DNA from: Eledone cirrhosa | Taxonomy: Eukaryota | Direction of reading: 5' to 3' | NCBI GenBank assembly: GCA_964016885.1 | Contig: OZ024742.1 | Span: 247,628,001 to 247,692,000 of the forward strand | Length of the DNA: 64,000 nucleotides | Shown: positions 11,930 to 24,359 of the stretch, in pieces | Numbering within the stretch: position 1 is the first letter of the stretch | How the letters are laid out: the number at the start of each line of letters is the position of its first letter | Translations under genes and position numbers: made by a program | The notes under the pieces: model-generated | Database searches by the model: none | What the model was told of the DNA's origin: nothing | Seen by the model: the letters and a program-made list of their open reading frames with translations, nothing else

Positions 11930-13550
11930 AAGACTACGCCGTGAGAAAATCAGAAAGTCAGGGACACAGTCTATCAAATACATTAAAACAGCGCACAGAT
12001 TATTTCTTTTTATTTAACGTAACATTACTACATAGAATACGGTTCTTGTACAGGAGGTACAAGCCGGCTCGTCAGTAAAGGAATCCAAATTTAAGGCACG
12101 GCAGGACTTTGGGTTTAAGCTGGAATCCGACATCAGACGAACAAATAAAATATTCTGGATGACCATCCGTTGACTTCATAATAAGAAGTCTTGTTTAACG
12201 CCTGTTTTCAGGAACACATATGAAGTTCACGTTCGTTCATAGACGTGCATCCTCGTGAGTTGTAGAAAATATTTTGCTGATCTCGTAAGCCCAGTTAAAT
12301 CAGTATTTTCTGATATACACGAGGCGCTTTTTGGAGCGATCAGCAACCTCTCGGAGGCTGATGTTACAATAGCAATTAAAGAGCTCAAATGTAATAAATT
12401 GACTGATGAGGATGAAATTCGGTCCAAGATGTTAAACGCTTTAAATAGAGAATGTGTCATTTGGCTGACTAATGGGTGCCGAGTGTGCAGAATATCTGGA
12501 ACGACACCTAAGCAATGGCAATTACATGTGATAATCCCATTTCTCAAAACAGGAGGCAAGAAATTGTTCTAAACATAGACACTCCGGTAAAATATACGCT
12601 AAGTGTCTGGAAAAAGATGTAGGGATATTGTGAAGTCCAAGTTATCTGGCGAACGATGTGGTGTTCGCCTCAGGCGATGTACATTCGACCAAATAATCAC
12701 ATTGTGGCAGGTCTTTGAGTAATGGTGGGACTATTGCAAAGAGGTGTATGGTTATAATGAAAATCTCAAAAAGGCATATGACTGCTTCTCATTGGACCTT
12801 TTGTCGAAGAATGGGATCGATGGACAGCTTATTGTTGCCCGAATGTCTCTATATGAATGTCCTTGTACTTGTGTCTGATAAATAGTGCTAAGTCGAAACC
12901 ATTCCATGTGGGAATCGGAATCCCCCAAGGATGCGTAATGTCACTGTCCTGTCCATAATGTTCATGGACAGGATAAACATGCGCAGTCGGTTTGTAAGTG
13001 ATATCAAGATTGGGAACTGTAAGATCAGTCGACTGGAATTTGGAGACGACATGGTACTACTTATCTCGTCGGAAGATGATTTCCGACGTGCACTTGATAG
13101 ATCTGCTGTGGAGTGCTGCACAACAAGGATTAAAATAATTGCTTCAATGACTGAGCCACTCGTACTACAAGGAAGCCTTTGCAGTGCACTCTACATGTAA
13201 ATAGAATTCCACTGAAGCAGGTGGACAATTTCAAATAGAATTCCACTGAAGCAGGTAGACAATTCACAAGTGAGGGAAAGCAGGAGGATGAATTATGTTC
13301 AAGAATTGCAGGAGCTGGCGCTCTAATGCGCCAGCTTCAGGATTCGGTCATCAGTAAAATGGATGTATGTGTAAAAATTAAACTACGTATCTTCAATTCA
13401 GTGTTCTTATTTACCCTTAGCTATGGTCACGAATCTTTGTTGTTGACCGAAAGAATGCGATTGCGAATACAAGTAGTCGGAATCAGGTTTTTCCAAAGGG
13501 TCTCGATAGAGTGCGTATCTATATATACAAAAGTTGTAATTGCGTTGTGA
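11930..13550 (+). mobile_element. Decayed RTE-clade (Rex3/Expander-like) LINE ORF2 with RT domain
   Basis: Frameshifted motifs: V..AIKELK.NK...DEIR..ML.AL....WLT...G..P.QWQ..VIIP..K.G; FMDRI...ISRLEFGDDMVL (YADD box); LSYGHE...TERMR.RIQ. Confidence 0.85.
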
Positions 13551-13762
13551 CAGTGTCGTTTAATTGTACCTATTCTGTATCTCATAATTCATCATCGAAG
13601 AGAGGCGGAAAGAGAGAGATAGAGAGAGAGAGAAAAGAAATTGGGATAGAAATATTAGAGAAGGTGAAGAGACAGTAGAAAGGTGTGAGAAGGAAGGTAC
13701 AAAATAGTGAATGTGTATTTTTGGTAAGTTTAATACATGCACTTATATTGTCATCTCCCCCC

Positions 13763-13800
<38 letters not shown>

Positions 13801-13801
13801 G

Positions 13802-13872
<71 letters not shown>

Positions 13873-13993
13873 AATATAGACATAGAATATTCGAAAATAT
13901 TCTGTATGTTTATAATAAACATTTGAAGACCTAATCGCTATACAATAGAATACGTCACGTATTACAATTAGATTCTCGATAAAAGCAAGGGAA

Positions 13994-14036
13994 GTAATCT
14001 ACGCGTTTCATTCTTGTTAGAAATCTTCAGGACTAC
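13994..14036 (-). ncRNA. Type I hammerhead ribozyme (family D)
   Basis: Exact reverse complement of the 14443-14485 motif. Confidence 0.88.
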
Positions 14037-14442
14037 ATATCCAGTGCTTTTATCGAGAATGACACAGCTAGAGACTTATAGAATACTTAGCTGTGTACAG
14101 GAACTGGTTTGAAAGAGCGGTTGCCGGTCCGGCAGAAATTAGAAATTGGAATCAATGCTCTGAAATAGCGATATATATGTGAATATAGACATAGAATATT
14201 CGAAAATATTCTGTATGTTTATAATAAACATTTTGAAGACCTAATCGCTATAGAATAGAATACGTCACGTATATTTCGAATATTCTATGTCTATATTCAC
14301 ATATATATCGCTATTTCAGAGCATTGATTCCAATTTCTAATTTCTGCCGGACCGGCAACCGCTCTTTCAAACCAGTTCCTGTACACAGCTAAGTATTCTA
14401 TAAGTCTCTAGCTGTGTCATTCTCGATAAAAGCACTGGATAT

Positions 14443-14485
14443 GTAGTCCTGAAGATTTCTAACAAGAATGAAACGCGTAGATTAC
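14443..14485 (+). ncRNA. Type I hammerhead ribozyme (family D), unit 1
   Basis: gtagtc-CTGAAGA-t-ttct(aaca)agaa-t-GAAA-cgcg-TA-gattac; palindromic ACGCGT stem III, GUA cleavage after 14479. Enclosed by a perfect 16-bp helix 14419-14434/14492-14507. Confidence 0.9.
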
Positions 14486-14752
14486 TTCCCTTGCTTTTAT
14501 CGAGAATCTAATTGTAATACGTGATGTATTCTATTCTATAGCGATTAGGTCTTCAAAATGTTTATTATAAACATACAGAATATTTTCGAATATTCTATGT
14601 CTATATTCACATATATATCGCTATTTCAGAGCATTGATTCCAATTTCTAATTTCTGCCGGACCGGCAACCGCTCTTTCAAACCAGTTCCTGTACACAGCT
14701 AAGTATTCTATAAGTCTCTAGCTGTGTCATTCTCGATAAAAGCACTGGATAT

Positions 14753-14795
14753 GTAGTCCTGAAGATTTCTAACAAGAATGAAACGCGTAGATTAC
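14753..14795 (+). ncRNA. Type I hammerhead ribozyme (family D), unit 2
   Basis: Identical to unit 1, 310 nt downstream; cleavage after 14789. Confidence 0.9.
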
Positions 14796-15061
14796 TTCCC
14801 TTGCTTTTATCGAGAATCTAATTGTAATACGTGACGTATTCTATTCTATAGCGATTAGGTCTTCAAAATGTTTATTATAAACATACAGAATATTTTCGAA
14901 TATTCTATGTCTATATTCACATATATATCGCTATTTCAGAGCATTGATTCCAATTTCTAATTTCTGCGGACCGGCAACCGCTCTTTCAAACCAGTTCCTG
15001 TACACAGCTAAGTATTCTATAAGTCTCTAGCTGTGTCATTCTCGATAAAAGCACTGGATAT

Positions 15062-15104
15062 GTAGTCCTGAAGATTTCTAACAAGAATGAAACGCGTAGA
15101 TTAC
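15062..15104 (+). ncRNA. Type I hammerhead ribozyme (family D), unit 3
   Basis: Identical motif, 309 nt downstream of unit 2; cleavage after 15098. Confidence 0.9.
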
Positions 15105-15257
15105 TTCCCTTGCTTTTATCGAGAATCTAATTGTAATACGTGACGTATTCTATTCTATAGCGATTAGGTCTTCAAAATGTTTATTATAAACATACAGAAT
15201 ATTTTCGAATATTCTATGTCTATATTCACATATATATCGCTATTTCAGAGCATTGAT

Positions 15258-15311
<54 letters not shown>

Positions 15312-15485
15312 GTATAGTTCAAGAGTAACGAATCTTAAAGAGAGAGATGGAGATAGGAGAGGAGAAGAGAGATTGGGGAATTGGTTAGAAGCCAAAGCGT
15401 AAAGGCATGTGCTCAATGTGCAATAGTCTGTGGAAGGCAGCTAGGTGGCTGGGTTCATGCAGAAGTTAGGTGCACAGAGCTGGAA

Positions 15486-15775
15486 ATATTCATTAGTTAA
15501 GCAAAACAAGACCACAAATTTCACAAGGAAGACATTATTAAAAGATTGTCAACATAGTTTAAGTTTAATGTAAGGAATATAAAGAATAATAATGATAATA
15601 CTAATAATGTCCGTTTACATTATATGGAGTAGCGAAACAATTGTAAACGGACATTATTAGTATTATCATTATTATTCTTTATATTCCTTACATTAAACTT
15701 AAACTATGTTGACAATCTTTTAATAATGTCTTCCTTGTGAAATTTGTCGTCTTGTTTTGCTTAACTAATGAATAT
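15486..15775. repeat. Near-perfect ~134-bp-arm palindrome (truncated and inverted Penelope-type insert)
   Basis: Arms ~15486-15619 and ~15642-15775. The 22-nt spacer/arm junction reads GAAA-caattg-TA, the 3' half of an HHR. Confidence 0.85.
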
Positions 15776-15779
15776 ATAT

Positions 15780-16241
15780 ATATATATCTAAAACAGAGAA
15801 TATCTGTCTGTCTGTCTGAATCTCTAAACCTCGAGAACCACCCAACCGATTGTTTTTAAACTTTACACATGTAATACTTATAGTCCTGTGAATGTTTTGA
15901 GCAAAAGATATTTCAAATTTTCAATGCCCTATGGACCGCATTAGGCGATTTAGCGATCTCTTTCTATAATTCTTAGTCTTTCTTTTTAGATAGATACATA
16001 GATATAACGTTGCACCCTTATAATATCTGTCTGTATGTCTGATGTCTGCATTACGACATTATGACGTCACTATATGTGTGTGTATATACGTATATATAGT
16101 GTGTGTATATATATATATAGTGTGTAACGTTTTTCGAAATATTTACTTCTGCGTTCACAGATTGATTTTATTTTTGTTTCAGAAGTTCCCGTTAAGGGTG
16201 AAAGCAGCGATTATTTGCATAAATTGTAATCTGTTATTTTA

Positions 16242-16286
<45 letters not shown>

Positions 16287-16429
16287 TATATTCGTGTACA
16301 GATATTTTTGCATACACAATAACAAAATATAAACAAACGTATTTATTTCACGAGGCTCGATAGGGATAAATATATATCAAATATATAAGAACCCCAGATC
16401 AAACCCCGAGCAACGCCGGGCCATTCTGC
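15780..16429 (+). mobile_element. Probable non-autonomous Helitron-type element
   Basis: 5' part with (CTGT)n and aaccgattg...aaactttacaca; 3' GC hairpin cccg-agcaacgc-cggg followed by ...ctgct (terminal AG missing at the junction with another repeat). The hairpin resembles the one at ~1389-1404. Confidence 0.5.
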
Positions 16430-16545
16430 TTGAGCTCAGCCGTCGGGGTCCTACTCGTTCCTATTACCCACTCTACTACCCTAAGTATTGAGTACTTTGG
16501 TGCGTTATGGTCCACCTGGTTCCTTACCACATTTCCTTCGTTATA
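16430..16545. repeat. Dispersed TA-associated repeat (also at 31567-31768 and 54797-54840)
   Basis: Shared sequence ggaaccaggtggaccataacgcaccaaagtactcaatact...ggaaccagtaagaccccgac.gctgagctcaag. Confidence 0.8.
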
Positions 16546-16567
16546 TATATATATATATATATATATA

Positions 16568-16923
16568 TGTAGGATGTGAGTTTTATTGTAGTACAATAAA
16601 GCAATGCAGATATCGGATAAGAAGCACTCTACAGTTTGTAGGACTGGAGTATACATAATATATAAGAACAAAAGATGGTTAAAAGAGTTCCATATATTTT
16701 ATTATGCGCATTTCAAAAACAAATATCATCATGCAATAATATTTGAATCTAAAACTACTTCTCATATGTTGATTTAAAACTGCACTATCCACAAGAGTTT
16801 TTTAACCTTCATATCATGCCTTGCTGTTTTATCTGATGAAAACACAAATATGATTGCATGATGATATTTGTTTTTGAAATGCGCATAATAAAATACATGG
16901 AACTCCTTTAACCATCTTTTGTT

Positions 16924-16927
<4 letters not shown>
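16568..16927. mobile_element. Family C palindromic element (truncated inverted arm plus complete HHR arm)
   Basis: Homology to 11085-11725; flanked by (TA)n. Confidence 0.82.
16827..16893 (+). ncRNA. Type I hammerhead ribozyme (family C)
   Basis: ttttat-CTGATGA-aaacacaaatatgattgcatgatgatatttgttttt-GAAA-tgcgca-TA-ataaaa. Confidence 0.83.
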
Positions 16928-17016
<89 letters not shown>

Positions 17017-17163
17017 ATATATATAACCAAAAGTTAAACAAGGTTCATTGATTAATCAATGAATATAGTTTTACCATAGATTAGAAGCACTCAACAAAAG
17101 TTTTCTGGAGTTATTAATATTAATTCAAAATATTAATAAATATAGACATTCACGTAATCAAAA

Positions 17164-17233
17164 TATATTTTATTATATATATTTCGGAGGTACTCTGTTG
17201 TTTTCTCAGTACGTCCTCATCAGATAAAATATA
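17164..17233 (-). ncRNA. Type I hammerhead ribozyme (family E)
   Basis: Reverse complement reads tatattttat-CTGATGA-gga-c-gtact...agtac-c-tcc-GAAA-tatata-TA-ataaaatata; 10-bp stem I, palindromic stem III. Confidence 0.83.
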
Positions 17234-17861
17234 TAAATTGATGTATGACATGCCTCAACTGTGCTGATGGTCAATTCCTGTCTTATATCTTCATACCTTG
17301 GTATACATAGATCTTTACATATGGTCATACATGTAGGTATATGCATCTACATAGCTTTTCCCGCAGAGGCCAACTGTACTTCTTATAGTGACTGGTTCGT
17401 TAGATATTGAGGTGTAGGAATTATATTCCTACAAAGACACCATGTTTTAGTGACATGTTGCACTGAAAATTTAGAGAAGAACGACTTTCAGTTCTCTTTC
17501 CAAATTGATTGACCAAAGTGTAGATATACATTCCCATAATGACGTCATGTATTAGTGACGTGTCATGTAAAATGGCGCTTCGTTATATTTCCATATTTAC
17601 TAGCCGAATAATCAGCAAGAGAATGACATCTGGGAAATTAAACATCAATATTTCTTGATTAGAAATCAGAAATAGGATAATAAGTTAAGACCTTATAAAT
17701 AATGTCCTTTTTAGATAAGATGTTTGGACATTATTGAGTTCAATCCCCAGGCGGAAACACCTCGCCTCGTTTTAACCCGGCAGCTTTGAGAAGAAAGTAT
17801 CACTCAAGTACTAGCTTCAATTTTCCTTTCCTTTAAATAGTTCAGATCTTATGCCAGCACT

Positions 17862-17862
<1 letters not shown>

Positions 17863-17919
<57 letters not shown>
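17863..17919. repeat. (CTA)n microsatellite, probable tail of the adjacent minus-strand LINE
   Basis: Direct reading; abuts the minus-strand AATAAA at ~17934-17939. Confidence 0.9.
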
Positions 17920-17929
17920 AAACGATTGT

Positions 17930-19520
17930 TTCATTTATTGGCCACAAGGGCCGCCATATAGAGGACAGTACAATTATAGGGACAGTGGGGGTTTACAATG
18001 AAATCGGATAAAAATCAAAAATAAAAACAACAGTATTACATAAAACAACAGAAAATTACACCAATGAAAATTCTCTAATAGGGGATATCACCTCAGGGGC
18101 AACTCAGGTACCCCATCAATCCTGAAGCACCAGAGGCTTCGAGGCCATCTACTCTCCCCTTCAAATTAACCAACCTACAGATGCATGCTCTGATCAGGTC
18201 CATTCAGACAGGTCATTATCTCCACATTCACCCACCTTTTAGCAAATATACTGGGATGGTGGTGGCGGTGGTTGTGTGTGTTTGTGTGTGTCGCAGCACC
18301 TTTCTCTCGACCATCTCCTTCTTTTCTAAGTGAAACATCAAAAAGTTAATGAAGTATGGACGACTTCGCTAACACCTTGGCCAAAATCTTAAACACGCTT
18401 TAGCAGGGTTATGGGCCTGAATCTTTCTAATGTGTCAATCTTTTTCTTGTCTTTTCTTATCAGCTTCACTACGCCCCGGCTCACAGAACTAGAAATATTC
18501 CCATTCTGTTGCTAGTTGCAGTAAAGCGTTTCGGGGAGATTGGAGAACAAGTCTGGCATCTCTACGTAAAGTTCGAAGGGCAGACCATCCAAATCGGGTG
18601 ACTTGGGCCTCGTGCAACCGACTGGGGTATACCGAATCTTGGCTGAAGTTATCAGCTTTTCGCAACGCTGAGCATCGGCTGACGCGAAAAGCGGTAGGCA
18701 AAATCCGCTCAAGTATCTGTTAACCTTGCCCACAGCAGCAAACAGCTGAGGAAAGTATTAGTGAAAGGCCTCAAACGTCTGCCAGCAATCCTTCAGCTTG
18801 TGTTCAAAGACCCGATTGTTGCTTTGTTACGACGCTGTGCATCTGTCGCACGGGTCCATCAAACAGCTTTAGTTCGCTCGTCATTTAGAGCACCCATCTT
18901 AGTTCTGACAATGTAACCTTCGTATTTCACGTTGAAGAAATGGCCTAATGCCATTCTTGCCGCTAGCGCGTCAGTTGAAATGCCACTACAAATAGGTTCG
19001 TCTTATTTATCTACCAGCTTTCCCTCATTTGTACTTTTCTCTAACGCTACCTCTTTGCAAAAACATATTGACAATAGTCTAATTTCTCTTTTGAAAGCTC
19101 GCACCATCTGTAGTTGACGAATGTCGCCCTGTCAACTTTTGCTTCAATAAATTGTTGACGCGATCCTGTCAGCCCTACGTGTCAGAAACGACATATTCAG
19201 CTTCCAGTAACCAGGTCCTTACCTGCGTGTCTTATCTAGGTGAGCGATTCGGATCACAAGCTTTGTGAACTTAAGAGGCGACCGTTTGAAAGTGTGGACA
19301 ACCTGTACTATTATTATCTATTGACATAATAAAAAAAAACCTATCTGTATACGATTTATGCAGTTGGTCCAGTTCCACACTCGTGTATTGAGGAAATCTA
19401 GTACGTACCTGTCAGACAGTAGGAACTCGCTGATCTGGTACTTGAGGGTTTTGCACCCCAACCCCTATCATAAACTCCCGCACAATCCCAGCGGGCATTT
19501 AAGATGCCGTCCCAGACCCC
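17930..19520 (-). mobile_element. Decayed Tx1/L1-clade LINE (endonuclease end, linker and 3' end fragments)
   Basis: Minus strand encodes SDHK-like and PGYWKLNMSFL motifs (~19185-19265). The 3' end ttattggccac...ggg is shared with ~60662. Confidence 0.65.
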
Positions 19521-19989
19521 CGCTAACAGCAAGGGGTAGTTGGAAATGCGTTGTCACTGTTTTTCCTGTTGTTTGTTGTTGCCGTGAGGGTGGTGGCGGC
19601 GTCAGTGTTTTTATTTGTGTCGTTGTTTATTTTTTTTATTCAATATGTACTATTTGTTGTGGATAGGCGGTTGTAGGTTTGGAAATTCTATATCGGGCAT
19701 TACACATGCGTCGTGGCAGTTGCTACTGTTGCAGCTGCTGCTGTATCTGTCTCCATTGCTGCTGCTGCTCCTGTGGTTGCTGCTGCTGGCGGTGTCATTG
19801 CTGCTGCTGAGGCTGTCTCGGCTGCTATTGCTGTTGTTGGTGCAAGGGCCCTGGCGTCAGTGATGCTGGTGAGCGTTGGCGTAGTGGTACATACCTCTAC
19901 CACTTGCTTCTTGGTATATGTCTATACCACTGAATATGTATACAGGGTAGATCAGCACTAAAGTGGTTAAGCAAAGAAGCTCCGAAAGA

Positions 19990-20150
19990 CTTCTTCACAC
20001 ACACCGAAGTCAAAGTGCTTACCAACGTATCCGAACACGGAAGAGCCGAACTCCCACTGCCATCACCTCCATCTCTCTCGCTCTCCCCATCTCTCTGTAT
20101 TATGAGCAAATGGAGCCCCACATGCTGGCCACCCCACACCCCGGCGGCCA
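19990..20150 (-). mobile_element. 3' UTR-like fragment of the CRE-like element at 22.8-23.2 kb
   Basis: Shares ggaagagccgaactc...tcgctctccccatctctctgta...tgagcaaatgg with 22870-22945. Confidence 0.65.
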
Positions 20151-20932
20151 CAATGTACCACTTCCTTCCTTGTCGTTGGTGTATGTTTACGTTCGTCTCC
20201 AGACAGCCTTCCTTCCACAAATAAGTGAGTGGGGAAAAGGTCTTAAATTGGAGATACTTTGAGCTGGAATTGCTCATACAATGGATGCATTCTGTTCTCC
20301 GTGGCAATGCTTTCGGTATCTTGTCCGAAGAGCACAGCTGAAATGTGCCATCCAGGCAGACGTGTAGAGTTTGTCGTTTTCTTATCCAACTTTCTTCTGT
20401 TTTTTACTTCCTTTTCTATTTATCTTTTCTTTCTTTCATCATTTTCATATTATAATCGTATTTTATAATTAAAGAAGACATATATTTGCACATTACGGGG
20501 AATAATTCGTGAGGTGGAATCTAGAGGAGAGAGTAGTGGCTGTCCACCTATATACCTCTCCTTTACACATAATCAACAATCTAAATATTTGAGGGAATAA
20601 AATTTAAAATTTATGTAATTGTTTAGTTGATAAAGCTTAAAATGTCAGGTAATTACAATGTAGAAATGTTAAATTGCAATTACGTAGAATATAAACAAAC
20701 GGAAATAATGAGAATACAAAATTTTATATGAAGATTTCGTGAGAAAGACAAGCAAGAATTGAAAAAAATTGCAAAACAATGAAATTAATGTTGAAATAAG
20801 AGAAACATGAAGTAATGATTGAAAATTACAAGTTATATCATGATTAACATCATCCTACTGGATAAATAAGATTTATATATACACACATATCATATATACC
20901 CATATATATATTTATATATACATACATATATA

Positions 20933-21078
<146 letters not shown>

Positions 21079-21178
21079 TATATATATATAGAGAGAGAGA
21101 GAGAAAGCTATCATACATATATATGTGTGCATGTATGAGTACCTCTATATTCACACACACGCGCACACACACACGCAT

Positions 21179-21295
<117 letters not shown>

Positions 21296-21855
21296 ATGTG
21301 TGAGTGAGTGTATATATACATACATACATACATACATACATAGAAACAGACAGAGAGGGCAAACAGTCTTGAAATTGAAGATGAGAAAGCCTAAAAGAAA
21401 AAAAACAACACAGAAAATTCAAGAACACCACCACCACCACCAACAACAACAACAACCACAACAACAACAACAATAACAACACCTAACCATATATGGTCAA
21501 GAAATCATGTAGTAAATGGGAATAAAAGATGAAATTTCTAACGTCTTAATGACTTTTATTTAGTGAAAGATCTACTTAGAACTGGCATGTACAATAACGT
21601 ATCAATTTGTACAATATCGATCCATCGATTAGAAGCAATTATACACAATTAGAGCTTACTGTTAATTCGGTTTATATTTATTTATATATTTATGTTTTAT
21701 TTTTAAGTTTTTATCTCTTTTATTGTCTATACTTTTGTTGTTGTTATTGTTGTTTTTATTGTTGTTGGTTTTCCTGTTGTTGTTGGTAGTTTAGTCTTTA
21801 GACAGTCTCTTTTATCATTACGTCGATTCTTCAATAATTCATGTGTGAGTATATA

Positions 21856-21891
<36 letters not shown>

Positions 21892-22799
21892 TGTATGTAT
21901 GCCTGTGTATATGTGTACGTTTGTATGTGTATATGTATATATGTGTGTGAGTCTCAGTGCGTATATTTGTGTTAAGTGCCTGATTCTTGATATATAATTA
22001 TGCGTAGGTATGTATATATGCATCTAAACACGTGTACACACAAATACGCACAGACACAGACATAGACACACACACACATACACACATATATACACACACA
22101 CACATATATGTATGTATATATACGTATGTATGTATTTATGTTTGTATGTATCCATGTATGGTTTTTATGTGTACGTATGTACGTATGTACATACACACGT
22201 AAACAAACATGTTTGTATGTATATATGTATATATATTTATGTATGTGTGTACGTACGTAGGTACATACGTATGTATATGTGTGTGTATGTATGTATACAT
22301 GAATGTATGTATGTATGTATGTATGTATGTATGTATGTATGTATGTATTTATATCCCCAATACTATCTCCATCTTCCATCAGAACATACACATGACTTCC
22401 TAGATGCAACAGAAATCTAAATAATAATATCCTCTTCAAGGTATCATTGTAAGACACGTAGTTAACTAGCATCAGCTATTCTGAAATATAATGCCGGGTG
22501 AGTAGCAGTTACAGCTCACATCTCCGTAGCTTTACCTGAACTTATATGTGGTTATATCTCAGAAGATGTTTCTTCTGTGTTTAAATTGAAATGGCCACGG
22601 AAATGTTTCTCTCTAGACCAGTTGCAAATCTGTTGCCGAAGTTAATCCAGGTTCTCTTCCTTATCATTTATTTCACTAGCCGCGTATGAATTTGAAATGT
22701 AAAAAAGGTGCTTCTTGATGTAATATATGTTTAAGCATGATAGTGTATTTTACTTGACTAATAGAGGTGTGTGTGTGTGAGTGGGGGGGGGGGGCTTAC

Positions 22800-23160
22800 G
22801 ATACATGTGTTTTGATAAGAATGGGATCTCTATAGATAATGAACACAACCACAAGGATATGCTCCGAAGGTGGAAGAGCCGAACTCGCCTCCATCCCTGT
22901 CGCTCTCCCCATCTCTCTGTACGGTGAGCAAATGGGGTCCCACGTACTGGCCTCCCCACAGCCCCCGCGGACAGAATCGAGAAGGCGTTTCCCCGGAGGA
23001 TGGTAGGGGAGATGCGCTGGAAGAGCCATTCCAACTCGCGAGGCTCACACCTGCGGCTGGCCAGCTCAGCGCCTATGGGGGTGAGTAGGGAATTAGCCCT
23101 AGGGCCAATGACGCCAGAAGTCGCAATCACTGCGAAATAAAGTTTATTTCCCAAAGATGC
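22800..23160 (-). mobile_element. CRE-clade (RLE) non-LTR retrotransposon 3' end
   Basis: TSGVIGPRANSLL..IG...RE..WLFQRIS..ILRGNA.SIL matches the QR.S..I.RGNA C-terminus of CRE-like elements. Confidence 0.72.
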
Positions 23161-23967
23161 AACGTGTTACTCAGTCCGTGAATAGAAGTCCTAAGACCCT
23201 ATTTCCTTCGCCATACACCTTCACAGTTAGGGGTTGTGATTAGTGCTGGCACTAACAAAAAAACATATCCCAATTGGGTCTCTTCCTACGTTCAAAATCA
23301 GGAAACAACCTGAATTTCAATTGGTGCATGTTGTAAGTTGGCGATAAACGTTAGAAGAGTGTGCGAGACATCTGTCACTAATCCAGTCCAATCCAGCGCC
23401 TTTCCACTTCTGTTGGAGGAACCCTCCCTGTTGACCTCTACTGCTATCTGTTTGGTTTTGCTTAAATCAGGTGTCGAACGATACACACCATGCCTGGTCA
23501 ATTGCGGTTTGGTGAGGCTATGTAACACAGTGTTGGAGTGGATGGCCGTTGACACTCATCAGTTCACCCGCACTTTTAACAGCCACTGTCTGTTGTGCTG
23601 CTGGGGTTCAACTTACTCGCCTAACCAGAAAAGGGTCTGGTGGTGAGCCTGTTTAGTCGCCGACCATCGGACAAGCAGGATGTATTGGATTACATGGTAA
23701 CAGTAGCATGCAGAAGCCTGATCTAGCCACCCGTCGCTATCTAGCTCTTTATCAAAAAGATTTAGAGACTCATCACCATAGAATGTGACATGTATGTCAA
23801 ATTGTTCTGTTGAAGGTCAACATTTAACGATACTGCTGAAGAATCTATCGGATTTAAGAAAAAACTAAATAAATAAAATCACCATTACCAGTTTTGAATA
23901 GCATAGCCAGGGCCTATACATAATCACGCACACACACGCATACACAAACATAAACACACACACACAT

Positions 23968-24053
<86 letters not shown>

Positions 24054-24260
24054 GCATGATGCCACACACAAACACACACTGAAATATATATATTGATAAT
24101 AGATAGACAGATATAAGTTATATGTATAAATAGATAGATAGGCAGTTATATAGATATAAGTGCAAGAAAGTGAGAGGGAGTGAGAGACAGACAAACACAA
24201 ACACATACAGTGAGACCGACACGCAGACACACAGACCCCCCCCATTTATATGTATATATA

Positions 24261-24359
<99 letters not shown>

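Larger units (their letters stand above)
13866..15263. repeat. Tandem array of 310/309-bp HHR-containing units (~3.2 units on +, preceded by ~1.3 inverted units); retrozyme-like or tandem pLTR
   Basis: Near-identical units; HHRs start at 14443, 14753 and 15062. Inversion junction ~14272; flanked by (TA)n on both sides. Confidence 0.93.

Noticed and set aside
13866-15263. Regular repeat array considered as CRISPR or centromeric satellite
   Set aside because: Units are fully repeated with no unique spacers, there are no cas genes, and the context is eukaryotic; only ~4.5 units, each with an HHR.
19700-19960. Ala/Thr-rich ORFs as a host exon
   Set aside because: Low-complexity (GCT/GCA) sequence open on both strands, lying just upstream of the Tx1-like endonuclease on the minus strand; more likely a LINE ORF1 remnant.
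23290-23700. Possible CR1-like RT remnant on the minus strand
   Set aside because: Only vague motif similarity by eye; needs a translated search.
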